DNA of 64,000 nt, from NCBI GenBank assembly GCA_963715885.1, contig CAVQSK010000029.1:18401-82400 (forward strand). The letters are read 5' to 3'. Under the pieces are notes generated by a model, which worked only from the letters and a program-made list of their open reading frames with translations, did not search any database and was not told the origin of the DNA. The position numbers were made by a program, and so were the translations under genes. Within the stretch, counting starts at the first letter, position 1, and the number at the start of each line of letters is the position of its first letter. Origin of the DNA: an uncultured Actinomycetota bacterium (GTDB taxonomy: Bacteria; Actinomycetota; Actinomycetes; Mycobacteriales; Mycobacteriaceae). This document shows, one piece after another, positions 29,295 through 40,974 of the stretch.

Positions 29295-29997
29295 GTGGCG
29301 CTTCCCGAGGAACTCGCGGACATGCTTCTCGAGTCAATCGTGGACGGGCAGTTTCCAATCGAGTCGGTCCTCCCCTCGGAGGGGGAATTGGCCCTGAAAT
29401 ACGGGATGAGCCGATTGACTGTCCGCGAAGCGGTGCGCATCTTGCGGGCGCAGAACATCGTGACCATTCGTCGCGGGCGCGGCACCTTCGTCAACCAGCC
29501 GCAGGCGTGGATGTCGCTGGATGCTGTCGTGCGGGTCGAGAGACGCCGGTCGCCCACAGCGCGGGTATCGGGACGCCTGATCGAGGCGAGGCGGATGGTC
29601 GAGGTCGGGGCAGCGCAGTTGGCGGCCACCAACCGGTCGAAGGAGGATCTCGACTCACTGGCCGCCAGCATCGAAGAAATGCGACTTGCCAATGGGTTGA
29701 ACCGGGTCGATCTCTTTGTCGAGGCGGACATCGCCTTTCATGACGTGATCATGCACGCGACCGCAAACATGTTCATTCCCTTCATGTTTGAGCCGTTCGG
29801 CAATCTGCTGGTCAATGCCCGCACCGAGACATCATCAATCCCGGAGATCCAGGTCAACGCAATCGCTGCACACGAAGCAATTCTCGAGGCACTCACCGCC
29901 GGTGCATCCCGAGCGCAGTCGCGACGCCATGGAGGCACACATGAATCAAACCGAAGCCGATCTGCGCCGATACGTCCTCGACGCCGATCAGCGCTGA
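29295..29997 (+). CDS. FadR/GntR-family regulator, +1 frameshift near 29905
   Basis: LPSEGELALKYGMSRLTVREAV, ADIAFHDVI; expected tail RDAMEAHMNQT lies in the next frame. Confidence 0.85.
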
Positions 29998-30081
29998 CCC
30001 GCGGCGTCATCCCAGTCGGAGAAACGAAATGACGATCACCCGCCCGACCGAACCCACCCCGGCCACTTTGAGCTGTACCTG

Positions 30082-30946
30082 ATGCTGCTCACTGGCACCG
30101 AAACCCTGCACCTCGCCGCTAAACAGGGGTGGGCTCTGCCCGCGTTCGCGGTCTACAACCTGGAGATGGTCCAGGCGGTTGTGACCGCCGCCGAAGAGGC
30201 CGACCGACCCGTGCTCCTCCTCGCGGGGTCGAGTCACTTCCAACATGCCGGTCAGACAGCGCTGATGAACATGGCGCTGACTGCAGCGGACTCAACGTCA
30301 GCCGCGATCGGCGTGCATCTGGACCATTGCAGGGACCTGCCGGAAATGCAGCGCTGCCTCGACGCCGGCTACTCGTCGGTGATGATTGACGGCTCGCATC
30401 TGAGCTTCGACGACAATGTCCGGTTCACGCATCAGGCGGCCACACTCGCCCATCGCGCCGGTGCCTGGATCGAGGCCGAACTCGGCGCAGTGCCGGGGGA
30501 CGAGGACGTCTCCACGAATGCACTTCCGTCGCAGAGCATGACCGACCCGCGCCAGGCGCGCGAATTTGTCGAGCGTACCGAGATCGATGCGCTGGCAGTG
30601 GCGGTCGGCAACGTGCACGGATTCACCGCCGACCCGATCACCCTCGATCTGGAACGGCTCAACGCTATTGCGGAGCAGTGCCCGGTTCCCCTGGTCCTGC
30701 ATGGCGCGAGCGGACTGCCGGCCGGACAGCTTCGGGGCGCCCTCAGTTGTGGTGTTGCCAAAGTCAACGTCAACGCTGAATTGCGCCGCGCCTACCTCGT
30801 CGCAGTCGAACGCTCACTACCGCAGGCGATGTCGAACGCCGACGCCGTCGCGGTATGGAGGGCGGGACGCGCCGCCGTCACGGCCGCGGCGCTACGAACC
30901 ATCGACTCGTTGTCACCTCAACCTGCGAAACACCAAGCACCAATGA
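30082..30946 (+). CDS. Class II fructose/tagatose-bisphosphate aldolase (end uncertain; reads in frame into glpX as assembled)
   Basis: [42 protein letters not shown]. Confidence 0.88.
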
Positions 30947-30987
30947 GCACGTTCGACCGCGCATGCACACTCCAGAAAGGCACCACC

Positions 30988-32029
30988 ATGGCTACCCCGC
31001 TGGACACCACGCTTTACATGCGCCCGGATCGCAACCTGGCCCTGGAGTTGGTGCGAGTCACCGAGGCCGGCGCGATGGCGGCCGGCCGCTGGGTGGGCCG
31101 CGGCGACAAGGAAGGCGGCGACGGTGCCGCCGTCGACGCGATGCGCCAACTCGTCTCCTCGGTGTCGATGCGCGGTGTGGTCGTCATCGGCGAGGGTGAA
31201 AAAGACGAAGCGCCAATGCTTTACAACGGCGAAGAGGTCGGCAACGGGCTGGGCCCGGATTGCGACTTCGCCGTCGATCCCGTCGACGGGACCACGCTGA
31301 TGGCCAAAGGGTTGCCGAACGCGATCTCAGTCCTCGCGGTGGCCGAACGCGGCGCGATGTTCGACCCGTCGGCGGTGTTCTACATGGACAAGATCGCCGT
31401 GGGTCCGGACGCCGCCGACGCCATCGACATCACCGCACCCATCTCGGAGAACATCCGCAGCGGTGGCCAAGGCGAAGAAGTCCTCGGTGTCCGATCTGAC
31501 GGTGTGCATTCTGGATCGCCCCCGCCATGCTGAGTTGATCGCGCAGGTCCGCGAGACCGGCGCGCGGATCAGGCTGATCTCCGACGGCGACGTCGCCGGC
31601 GCGATCGCCGCGGCGCGGCCGGAATCGGGTACCGACCTGCTGATCGGAACCGGTGGAACACCCGAAGGCATCATCGCCGCGGCCGCGATGCGCTGCATGG
31701 GGGGAGCACTGCAAGCCCGTCTGGCGCCCACCGATGACGCCGAACGCCAGAAGGCGATCGACGCCGGCCACGACCTCGACCGCATCCTGTCCACTGAAGA
31801 CCTGGTCTCGGGTGACAACGTGTTCTTCACCGCCACCGGCGTCACCGACGGTGATCTGTTGCGCGGTGTCCGCTACAGCGGCGGTGGCGCCCACACCCAG
31901 TCGATCGTGATGCGGTCCAAGTCGGGCACCGTCCGCGTCATCGAGGCCTACCACCGCCTCGACAAACTCCGCGAATACGCCAGCATCGACTTCACCGGCG
32001 ACGACAACGCACCCGCCCCGATGCCATGA
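30988..32029 (+). CDS. glpX: Class II fructose-1,6-bisphosphatase GlpX, +1 frameshift near 31459
   Basis: [53 protein letters not shown]. Confidence 0.9.
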
Positions 32030-32699
32030 AGCCACCCCGCATCACCGCCCAATACGGCTGGCCTTCGCCCCCGGGAAAGACCTGTCCTCGACGGGGGTCT
32101 GTTTCGATGAGCCGGCGAGGCCGTTGGGGTTCAACACAATTGACTGCTGGATCTGTTGGCAGCGGATTGGCTGCGCTCTCGCCTCGTGCGGCAGTCACTC
32201 GTGATTCGCGTTTATCTCCGGTGCAGAAATTCCTCCGATGCGTCGATAAGACATGTTCGGGACTGCCAAATGTGTCGGGCCGTTTCGCCAGGCCAAGCAG
32301 CGCGGTTGATCTGTCGCGCAGGCACTTTGCGGGTCGAAATGGGGTGCCCATCGCTCTCGGCTTCGGCGCGGTCACGCCGCCCGTCGTCGGTCCATCTCTC
32401 TTTGCTCGCCGCCCTGATCGTGGAGCGGCCGCGACCACGAAGATCAGCCGTTTCCGACGGGTTCGGAGTATTGACATGGCGTACGCCGAGGAGTTGCCTG
32501 ATGAATAGCTGAATAACCAGCCGGCCTTGGGCCGGTGTCGTCCCCGAACTGGCAGCGGCACCGCGAAAACGTATGCCGCCCATGAATTATTCGTAGACCT
32601 CAAGAGACAACTACGCCGCCTTGCGGCCCGCATCGTCTATGCCGTCCCTACCGCCTATTTTGTCCCCGTTTTTCGCCCCTCTCATGATTGGAGGCTGTT

Positions 32700-34140
32700 A
32701 TGGCCAGATCCCGAACGCCCGTCGATTCATTAGGTGAATTAGGTGATCGCACGATCCGCAAGGTCAAGCGGCGGGTATTGCCGCTGATCGTTTTTCTGTA
32801 CTTCATCGCGTTCCTCGATCGGAACAATGTTGGCTTCGCGAAGCTGACGATGAGCGAGGACATCGGCCTCAGCGCTTCCGCTTACGGGTTGGGCGCCGGG
32901 ATCTTCTTCATCGGGTACGCCATCTTCGAGATCCCCAGCAACGCCGGCATGGTGCGGTTCGGTGCCCGCAAGTGGATCGCCCGGATCCTGGTGACGTGGG
33001 GCTTCTTCGCCACGGCTATGGCGGCAGTGACGGGCGAGACCTCTTTCTACATCATCCGGTTCCTGCTGGGCGCCGCGGAGGCCGGGTTCTTCCCGGCGAT
33101 CATCCTGTATCTGACCATGTGGTTCCCTGCCCGCCAACGGGTCGCGGTGCTGGGGATCTTCATTCTTGCCCAGCCGATCGCCAACGCGATCGGCGCGCCG
33201 ATCTCGGGCCTGCTGTTGAAGATGGACGGCATCTGGGGTCTGGCCGGTTGGCAGTGGATGTACATCATCGAGGGTGTTCCCGCGATGCTGATGGCCTTTG
33301 TGGCGCTGAAGGCAATGACGGATTACCCCAGGGATGCGATGTGGCTGACCCTCGAGGAACGCACATGGCTGCAGGACAAGATGGACGCCGAGGACGCGGC
33401 CAAGGGGACCGGGCACAAGCACAGCTTCATGGCCGGTCTGAAGGACCCCCGCTCCTTGATCTTTGCGGCCCTGTACTTCGGTCTGGTGATGGGCATCTAC
33501 GGGCTGAGCCTGTGGCTGCCGTCCATCGTCAAGGCCATGGGTGACCTGTCGAACACACAGGTCGGGTTCATCGTCCCGATTCCGTATGTGTGTGCCGCGC
33601 CGTTCGTCTGGTTCTGGAGCCGGCACTCGGACCGCACCGGTGAACGCGTCGGTCATACCTCGGGGGCGATGTTGCTGGGCGCCGTCGGGCATGGTCGCCT
33701 CCGGGTTCCTGATCCAGTCCAGCCCAGTCCTGGCGTTGGCCGCGATCTGCGTCGCCGCAATGGGTATCTTCGCGGCGATCTCACCGTTCTGGGAGCTTCC
33801 GGCCGCCGCTTTGGCCGGGGCGGCAGCGGCGTCGGGCATTGCGCTGATCAACTCGCTGGGCAACCTGGGCGGGTTCGTCTCGCCGTACGCGGTCGGTGTG
33901 TTGGTCGACAAGACCGGTGATTCGAAGTACGGGTTGCTGATGTTGGCCGCGGTGTTGTTCATCACCGCCACCGCCACCTTCCTGTACGGCCGGACGATCC
34001 ACGCCGGGAAGGTGCCGACCGGCTCGCACGAGGACCTGCTCGCCAAGGAGGTGGCCGCCTTCGACCTCGCCGCCGAAGAACTGCACCACCGGGGCGACCC
34101 GGACATCCCACCCACTACTCCACGAGAGAAGACACCGTAA
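32700..34140 (+). CDS. MFS transporter (ACS/tartrate-type), +1 frameshift near 33688
   Basis: DRNNVGFA, GAGIFFIGY..FEIPSN, RFLLGAAEAGFFP; C-half INSLGNLGGF in the next frame. Confidence 0.88.
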
Positions 34141-35859
34141 TGGCGACGTGCCGATCCCAACAGTGGTACGCCGGGCCGGACCCGCGGAACAACTACCTGC
34201 ACCGCGCGTGGATGCGCCGCGGGGTACCGGACCACGCCTTCGACGGCCGCCCACAGATCGCCATCGCCAACACCGCCTCCGACTTGACGCCGTGCAACGC
34301 GCACTTCGACGAGGTCGCTGTCAGCGTCAAACAGGGCGTGTACGAGGCCGGTGGAATTCCGCTGAACCTGCCGGTGATGTCGCCGGGGGAGACGCAGATG
34401 CGGCCCACCGCGATGCTGTGGCGGAACCTGGCGGCGATGTCGATCGAGGAAGTGTTGCGCGGCAACCCCGTCGACGGGGTGGTCCTGCTGGGTGGTTGTG
34501 ACAAGACCATCCCCGCGCTGCTGATGGCCGCGGCCTCGGTGGACTTGCCGGCCCTTGTGCTGCCGGGCGGTCCGATGCTGACCGGGCATTTTCGGGGAGC
34601 GGCACTGGGCTGCGGCACGGACGTGTGGCGCTTCGGTGAGGAGGTCCGCGCCGGTCTGATGTCCCAGGAGGACTTCCGCAAGTCCGAATCGGGGATGATC
34701 CGCAGCAAGGGGCACTGCAACACGATGGGCACCGCCTCGACGATGGCCGTCATGGCCGAGGCGCTGGGGACAACGATCCCCGGAGTCGCCGGCACCCCCG
34801 CCCCGGACAGCCGGCTTCTCGAGCACGCCCACGCCGCCGGCCGGTTGGCGGTGGAGATGGTCCAGGCAGCAGCGGCGGCTCAGCGACGTCATCACGCTCG
34901 CGTCGTTCCACAACGCGATCGTCGCGTTGGCCGCCACCGGAGGATCCACCAACGCAGTCGTACACCTGCTGGCGATCGCCGGGCGGCTGGGGATCGAGCT
35001 GCGGCTGGAGGACTTCGACCGGATCGGTTCCACGGTGCCGCTGCTGGTGAACGTTCAACCTGCCGGCACGTACCTGATGGACGACATGCACCGGGCCGGT
35101 GGGCTTCTCGCTGTCCTCGGGGAGGTGAAGGACCTGCTCGACCCGACCGCCGTGACCGTCACCGGCCGGTCGCTGACGGACTACCTCGGGGACGCCCAGA
35201 TCTGGGACGAGGACGTCATCCACCGCCGGAACGCCCCGCTGATGGACAACGCCGGCATCGCGGTACTCCGGGGCACCCTGGCGCCCAACGGCGCAGTGAT
35301 CAAACCGGCTGCCGCGTCGAAGGATCTGCTGGTGCACCGGGGCCGGGCGGTGGTGTTCGACAGCATCGAGGACTTCCACGCCCGTATCGACGACCCCGAC
35401 CTGGACATCGACGAGACCTGCGTGATGGTGCTGCGCGGTTGCGGACCCAAGGGATATCCAGGTATGCCGGAGGCCGCGAACACCCCACTGCCGGCCAAGC
35501 TGCTCGCCGCCGGTGTTCGGGACATGATCCGGATCTGTGACGGCCGGATGAGCGGCACCGCCTACGGCACCGTCGTGCTGCACGTGGCGCCGGAATCGGC
35601 TGCGGGCGGGCCGCTTTCACTCGTCCGCGACGGCGACATGATCAGCCTGGACGTCCCCGGCAGGCGGATCGACCTGGATGTGCCCGCCGAGGAATTGCAG
35701 CGCCGTCAACCCTCGCCGGCGGCGGCGGCCTCCTATTGCGCGCCGCTGCGGGGCTGGCAGCAGTTGTACGTCGACCACGTGATGCAGGCCGACCGGGGAG
35801 TGGATCTGGACTTCCTCGTCGGCTCCAGCGGCGACACCGAGACCCGCGATTCGCACTAG
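34140..35859 (+). CDS. IlvD/Edd-family sugar-acid dehydratase, +1 frameshift near 34867
   Basis: PCNAH, GGCDKT, CNTMGTASTM, GGSTNAV, GPKGYPGMPE, DGRMSGTAYG. Confidence 0.9.
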
Positions 35860-35899
35860 CGATGATCGCGACGACTTATTCGATAGCCGACCCGGAGTA

Positions 35900-36777
35900 G
35901 TGATGTCTGAGCCCACCACCCTTCTTTCCGCTGTCCCAGTACCCTTTGACACCGACGGTGACCTGGACGTCAAGGGCCAGGAGACGCTGCTGCGCCACCT
36001 GAAGGACACCGGCATCGCCGGCGTGTTCATCGCCGGCACCACCGGGGAATTCACCGCGCTGGACGACGACGAGCGAGCCGTAGTCCTCGCGCGTCGCGCT
36101 CGAGGTGTACGGAGCGGATGCGGTGTACATCCACGTCGGCGCCGCGGCCGCCCGGCAGGCCGAAAAACTCACCGCCCAGGCCGTTGCGCTCGGTGCTCGG
36201 AACCTCGCCGCGATCACCCCGTACTACCTGCCGGCCGGCCCCGCGGCCTTGATCGACTATTACCGCCGGTTGGACGCCGTCGCCGGTAGCGCCCGGATGT
36301 ACATCTACCTGTACGCCGCCCGGACCGGCAGCACCGTCACGCCCGGACCAACTCGCCGAACTAGCCACGATTCCGTCCGTCGCCGGGGCGAAGATCAGCG
36401 GTGAACCGACATCCTGTGTGCGGCAATATGTTCGGGCAGCCCCAGACGACTTCGAGGTGTACTGCGGCAACGACATCGAATTCGGCGACTTCGTTCGCGC
36501 CGGCGGCACCGGTGCGGTGTCCGGGGTCTCCAGTGTCTTCCCGCGACCATTCCTGGACATGGCAGATGCGCTGCACCGCAGTGACGACCAGGCGGCCGCC
36601 GCGGCGCAGGACCGCATCAAACAGGCCGTCGAAGCCGCCAACGGGGCCGACATCGCTCTGCTCAAGGCGGGCCTGTCCCTCCAAGGCCTCCCGGCAGGTC
36701 CGACCCGGGTTGCGCTCGACAAGCCAACTCCCGCGCAGCTGGAAACCCTGCGCACCGCAGTCCAGGACCTGACATGA
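35900..36777 (+). CDS. DHDPS/NAL-family class I aldolase, two +1 frameshifts (near 36092 and 36344)
   Basis: GTTGEF, TPYY, IYLY, GAKISG (Schiff-base Lys) across three frames. Confidence 0.8.
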
Positions 36778-36895
36778 CAACATCTACCCGCCAACGGAAC
36801 TCGTCCCCGTCGCCGCGAAACCTATTCCTGGACAGGGTAATTCCCACGATGCATCTCTGTCCGATGAACATTCCCACCGGAAGGCAGCCCCTCTC

Positions 36896-37666
36896 ATGAG
36901 TTCTCCACTCCCGACCGAGCGCACCGCCGTCGTCACCGGCGGCGCATCACCCCGCGGCATCGGCCGGGCGACCGCCGACCGGCTGGCCCGCGACGGGTGG
37001 TCCGTGGCGATCCTGGACATCGACGAGGGCGCCGCCAAACTCGCGGCCGCCGAGCTGGCCGACAGGTACTCGGTATCCACCCTCGGTGTCGGCGCCGACA
37101 TCTCCGACGAGAACTCGGTGCAAGAGGCCATCGCGCAGGTCGAGTCAGCCCTGCCGCCAATCATCGGGCTGGCCAATATCGCCGGGGTCAGCTCACCGAC
37201 CGAATTCATGGACGTCACACCGGCCGAGTGGGACCGGGTGTTCAACGTCAACATGCGCGGCACATTTCTGGTCACCCAACGCGTTTTGCCCGCAATGATC
37301 GATGCCGGGGTCGGCCGGATCGTCAGTGTCTCCTCCATCTCCGCGCAGCGTGGTGGCGGGACGTATTCGAAGGTGCCCTACAGCGCGTCCAAGGCGGCCG
37401 TGATCGGGTTTTCGCGGGCATTGGCCCGGGAGATGGGCCCGCACAACATCACGGTGAACTCCGTGGCCCCCGGGCCGATCGACACCGAGATCATGGGTGG
37501 CACGCTGACCGACGAGCGCAAGGCGCAGATGAGCGCCGACATCCTCCTGGGCCGGGTCGGCACCGTGCAGGACGTTGCCGCCCTGCTGACCTTCCTGATG
37601 AGTGAGGACGCCGGCTACATCACCGCGGCGACGTACGACATCAACGGCGGCCTGCAAATCTCATGA
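36896..37666 (+). CDS. SDR oxidoreductase
   Basis: TGGASPRGIG, NIAG, YSASK, PGPIDT. Confidence 0.9.
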   Translation: MSSPLPTERTAVVTGGASPRGIGRATADRLARDGWSVAILDIDEGAAKLAAAELADRYSVSTLGVGADISDENSVQEAIAQVESALPPIIGLANIAGVSSPTEFMDVTPAEWDRVFNVNMRGTFLVTQRVLPAMIDAGVGRIVSVSSISAQRGGGTYSKVPYSASKAAVIGFSRALAREMGPHNITVNSVAPGPIDTEIMGGTLTDERKAQMSADILLGRVGTVQDVAALLTFLMSEDAGYITAATYDINGGLQIS

Positions 37667-37694
37667 CTTTCTTTACCCAACCCGAGGAGCTGGG

Positions 37695-39157
37695 ATGACC
37701 GCGAAGATCTCCGACACCCACCGCCCGTCCGCCGAGGAAGTCCTCGCCGCCTCGCCGCCAGTGCGGCACGAACCCGCTGCGCGGGAACATATCAGGGCCG
37801 CTCACACCGCGGCCGGTCGGCGGATCGCCGCCCTCGACGACGACCCCACCGGCTCGCAGACGGTGCACGACGTCTCGGTCGTCACCGTGTTCGAGGATGC
37901 CGAATACGCGGCCGCTCTTGCCGAACCCGGTTCCACCTGCTTCGTGCTGACCAACACCCGCAGCCTGCCCGAGGACGCGGCGGTCGAACTCACCAGCCGC
38001 GTCGCCGGCAGCCTGTTCACGCTCGGGGAGACCCTGGGCGCACCCGTCGAGGTGGTCAGCCGCAGCGATTCCACCCTGCGCGGCCACGTCCTCGCCGAGA
38101 TGCAGGCCATCGACGCCGCCCGCCGCCGGGTCACCGGCACCGGATTCGACGGCGTGTTGCTGGTGCCCGCCTACTTCGAGGCCGGCCGGTTCACCGCCGG
38201 TGACATCCATTGGGCCAACGTGGCCGGGGAACCGGTTCCGGTCGGCGACAGCGAGTTCGCCAAGGACGCCACCTTCGGCTACACCTCGTCCAACCTGCGG
38301 GAATTCGTCGCCGAGAAAAGCAACGGCACGATCACCGCGGACCAGGTCCACTCCATCTCGCTGACCGACATCCGCGAGGGCGGACCCGACCGGGTCGCCG
38401 ACATCCTCGCCGCGGTCACCGGCGGCGCGTTCGTCGTGGTCAACGCCACCGACTACGCCGACCTGGAGATCGTCGTCCTCGGCGGGCTTCAGGCACAGGA
38501 GCGGGGCAAGTCGTTCGTATACCGGTGTGGTCCTTCGTTCCCCCGTGCTCTGGCCGGGCTCGAACCTCAAGGCCCGCTCACCGCGGCCCAGATCTGGCCG
38601 ACCGGTCGTCCGGGCGGCCAGGGGCTCGTTGTCGTCGGTTCGCATGTTGGCCTGACCAGCCGGCAGGTCGCCAAGGCGCAGGAACGTGGCGGGCTCACCG
38701 AAACCGAACTGCGACGTCCCGACCCTGCTGGATCCCGACCGGCGCGACGCCCACGTCGCCGCCATCGGGCAGGCAGGTCATCGAGGCCCTCGCCACCTCC
38801 GATGTGCTGCTGTTCACCAGCCGTACCCTGATGCGCGGCGGCGACGCCGACGACAGCCTCGCCATCTCCCGCAACGTCTCCACCGCGGTCATCGAGGTCG
38901 TCCAGGCCGCACTCGCCGCGCACCCGGCATGGGTCGTCGCCAAAGGCGGCATCACCTCCCACGACGTCGCGGTCCGTGGCCTCGGCATCCGGCGCGCCGA
39001 GGTCGTCGGCCAACTGTTCCCCGGCATGGTGTCGGTCTTCCGCCCCATCGAGGCGGCACCCGAAGCCGTCGGTATCCCTTACGTCGTGTTCGCCGGCAAC
39101 GTCGGTGACGACAACAGCCTCGCCGACGTCGTCGACCTCTTCGCCGGACGGCGATGA
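37695..39157 (+). CDS. Four-carbon acid sugar kinase (DUF1537/OtnK-like), two +1 frameshifts (near 38711 and 38773)
   Basis: LDDDPTGSQT, TNTRSL, SRSDSTLRGH, VVGSHV, KGGITSHD, FAGNVG. Confidence 0.85.
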
Positions 39158-39206
39158 CCCCTCCGGCACCTCGCTCAATCCACCACTCGCAGAAGGAAAT
39201 AACGAT

Positions 39207-40094
39207 ATGACGAACGTCGGATGGATCGGTCTGGGAGCCATGGGTTCTCCCATGGCATCTTTCGTCGCGAAGGCCGGACACGCGGTCACGGCCTTCGATA
39301 TCGACCCGCAGAAGGCTGCGGCCCTAGCCGGTGACGGCGTCAAATCCGCGGCCACCGTCAGTGACGCGGCGGTCGACGCCGATGTGCTGGTGTTGATGGT
39401 CGCCACCGCCGAGCAGGCCGAATCGGTGCTTTACGGGGACGGCAAGGCCGCCGCGGCACTCAAACAGGGCAGCGTCGTGCTGCTGATGGCCACGGTCGGA
39501 CCAGCAGCCGTCGAGGACTGGGCACGGCGCCTGGCCGTGACCGGCGTGCAGATCGTCGACGCGCCGGTGTCCGGGGGTGCCGCTAGGGCCGGGCAGGGTG
39601 ATCTGCTGATCATGGTCAGCGGCTCGGAGACCGCGCTGGCCACGGCGCAACCGTTGCTGGACGTGATGGCCCGCAATGCCCCCGTCGTCGGCACGGAACC
39701 CGGGGACGGGCAGAAGGTCAAACTCGTCAACCAGTTGCTGTGCGGCGTGCACATCGCGGTCGCCGCGGAGGCCCTTGCCTACGCCGAGGCGCTCGGCCTG
39801 GACGCCGGTGAGACCTGGGAAGTGCTCCGGCACGGCGCGGCCGCATCGTTCATGCTCGACGACCGCGGTGCCCGGATGATCGACAATCCGAACAACGACA
39901 TCCGTTCCGCCATAGACATTTTCGTCAAAGACATGGGCCTGGTCATCGAAGCGGCCCGCGCGAAGGCATACCCCACCCCGCTGGCCTCCGCGGCTGAACA
40001 GCTCTACCTCGCCAGCCGCCGCGCCGGCCTCGGACGCGCCGACGACTCCTCCGTCATCCAGGTCCTGCGCGGCACCGCCACCGCGTCGACCTGA
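39207..40094 (+). CDS. NAD(P)-dependent beta-hydroxyacid dehydrogenase (LtnD/3-HIBADH family)
   Basis: IGLGAMG, DAPVSGG, KVKLVNQLL, IFVKDMG. Confidence 0.88.
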   Translation: MTNVGWIGLGAMGSPMASFVAKAGHAVTAFDIDPQKAAALAGDGVKSAATVSDAAVDADVLVLMVATAEQAESVLYGDGKAAAALKQGSVVLLMATVGPAAVEDWARRLAVTGVQIVDAPVSGGAARAGQGDLLIMVSGSETALATAQPLLDVMARNAPVVGTEPGDGQKVKLVNQLLCGVHIAVAAEALAYAEALGLDAGETWEVLRHGAAASFMLDDRGARMIDNPNNDIRSAIDIFVKDMGLVIEAARAKAYPTPLASAAEQLYLASRRAGLGRADDSSVIQVLRGTATAST

Positions 40095-40179
40095 CGACGG
40101 CACGGATGCCCACCTGAGTCGGTCCCCTCGACGTCTGCGCAATGCCTTCGACCAACAGGAGCTAACAGGAGGAAAAAAT

Positions 40180-40971
40180 ATGTCCGATTCGACCGACTAC
40201 ACGTCGTTGTTCCGGCTCGACGGCCGCAAGGTTGTCGTCGTCGGTGGCGGCAGCGGGCTTGGCCGGGCCGCCAGCATCGCGCTGGCGCAGTACGGCGCCA
40301 ATCTGGTGGTCGCCGATGTCAACGTGGAAGGTCTGAAGGACACCGTCGCGGAGATCGAAGCGCAGGGCTACAGCGCCGAATCCACCGAAATCGACGTCAC
40401 CGACACCGAATCCGTCGTCGCTCTGGCGGCCGCACATCCCGATACGGAGGTTCTGGTGGCCACACCCGGGATCAACGTGCGCAAGCAGGTACTGGACACC
40501 ACTGACGACGAGTTCGACCGGGTCATCGACGTCAGCCTCAAAGGCACCTACCGGCTCGCCAAGGCGTTCGGGCCGGGACTTGTCGCCCGCGGCAAGGGCA
40601 GCATCATCAACTTCTCCAGCTTCCGCGCGCTGGTCGTCGAGCCGGGTCAGGGGCTGTACGCCGCCGCCAAAGGTGGGGTGCTGCAATTGACGAAGGTCCT
40701 GGCGGCCGAACTCGGTCCGTTCGGTGTGCGGGTGAACGCCGTCGCACCCGGCCCGTTCGAGACACCGCTGACGCAGCAGATCAAGTCCGATCCCGACTGG
40801 TACGGCGCCTACGCGGACAAGACCGCGTTGAAGCGCTGGGCCACGCCCGACGAGATCGTCGGCGCGATACTGTTCCTGGCATCGGACGCATCCACGTTCG
40901 TGACCGGCACCCTGCAGTTGGTCGAAGGCGGATGGACCGCCGTCGACGGCCGCTTCGTCCCTAAGGTCTAA
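40180..40971 (+). CDS. SDR oxidoreductase (gluconate 5-dehydrogenase-like)
   Basis: GGGSGLG, YAAAK, PGPFETPL. Confidence 0.88.
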   Translation: MSDSTDYTSLFRLDGRKVVVVGGGSGLGRAASIALAQYGANLVVADVNVEGLKDTVAEIEAQGYSAESTEIDVTDTESVVALAAAHPDTEVLVATPGINVRKQVLDTTDDEFDRVIDVSLKGTYRLAKAFGPGLVARGKGSIINFSSFRALVVEPGQGLYAAAKGGVLQLTKVLAAELGPFGVRVNAVAPGPFETPLTQQIKSDPDWYGAYADKTALKRWATPDEIVGAILFLASDASTFVTGTLQLVEGGWTAVDGRFVPKV

Positions 40972-40974
40972 CGC

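Noticed and set aside
32739-35033. Long antisense ORFs (764 aa here; also 48647-51175, 62054-63757, 18979-20469, 14256-15419)
   Set aside because: Shadow frames opposite well-supported genes, expected in high-GC DNA, with no recognisable motifs
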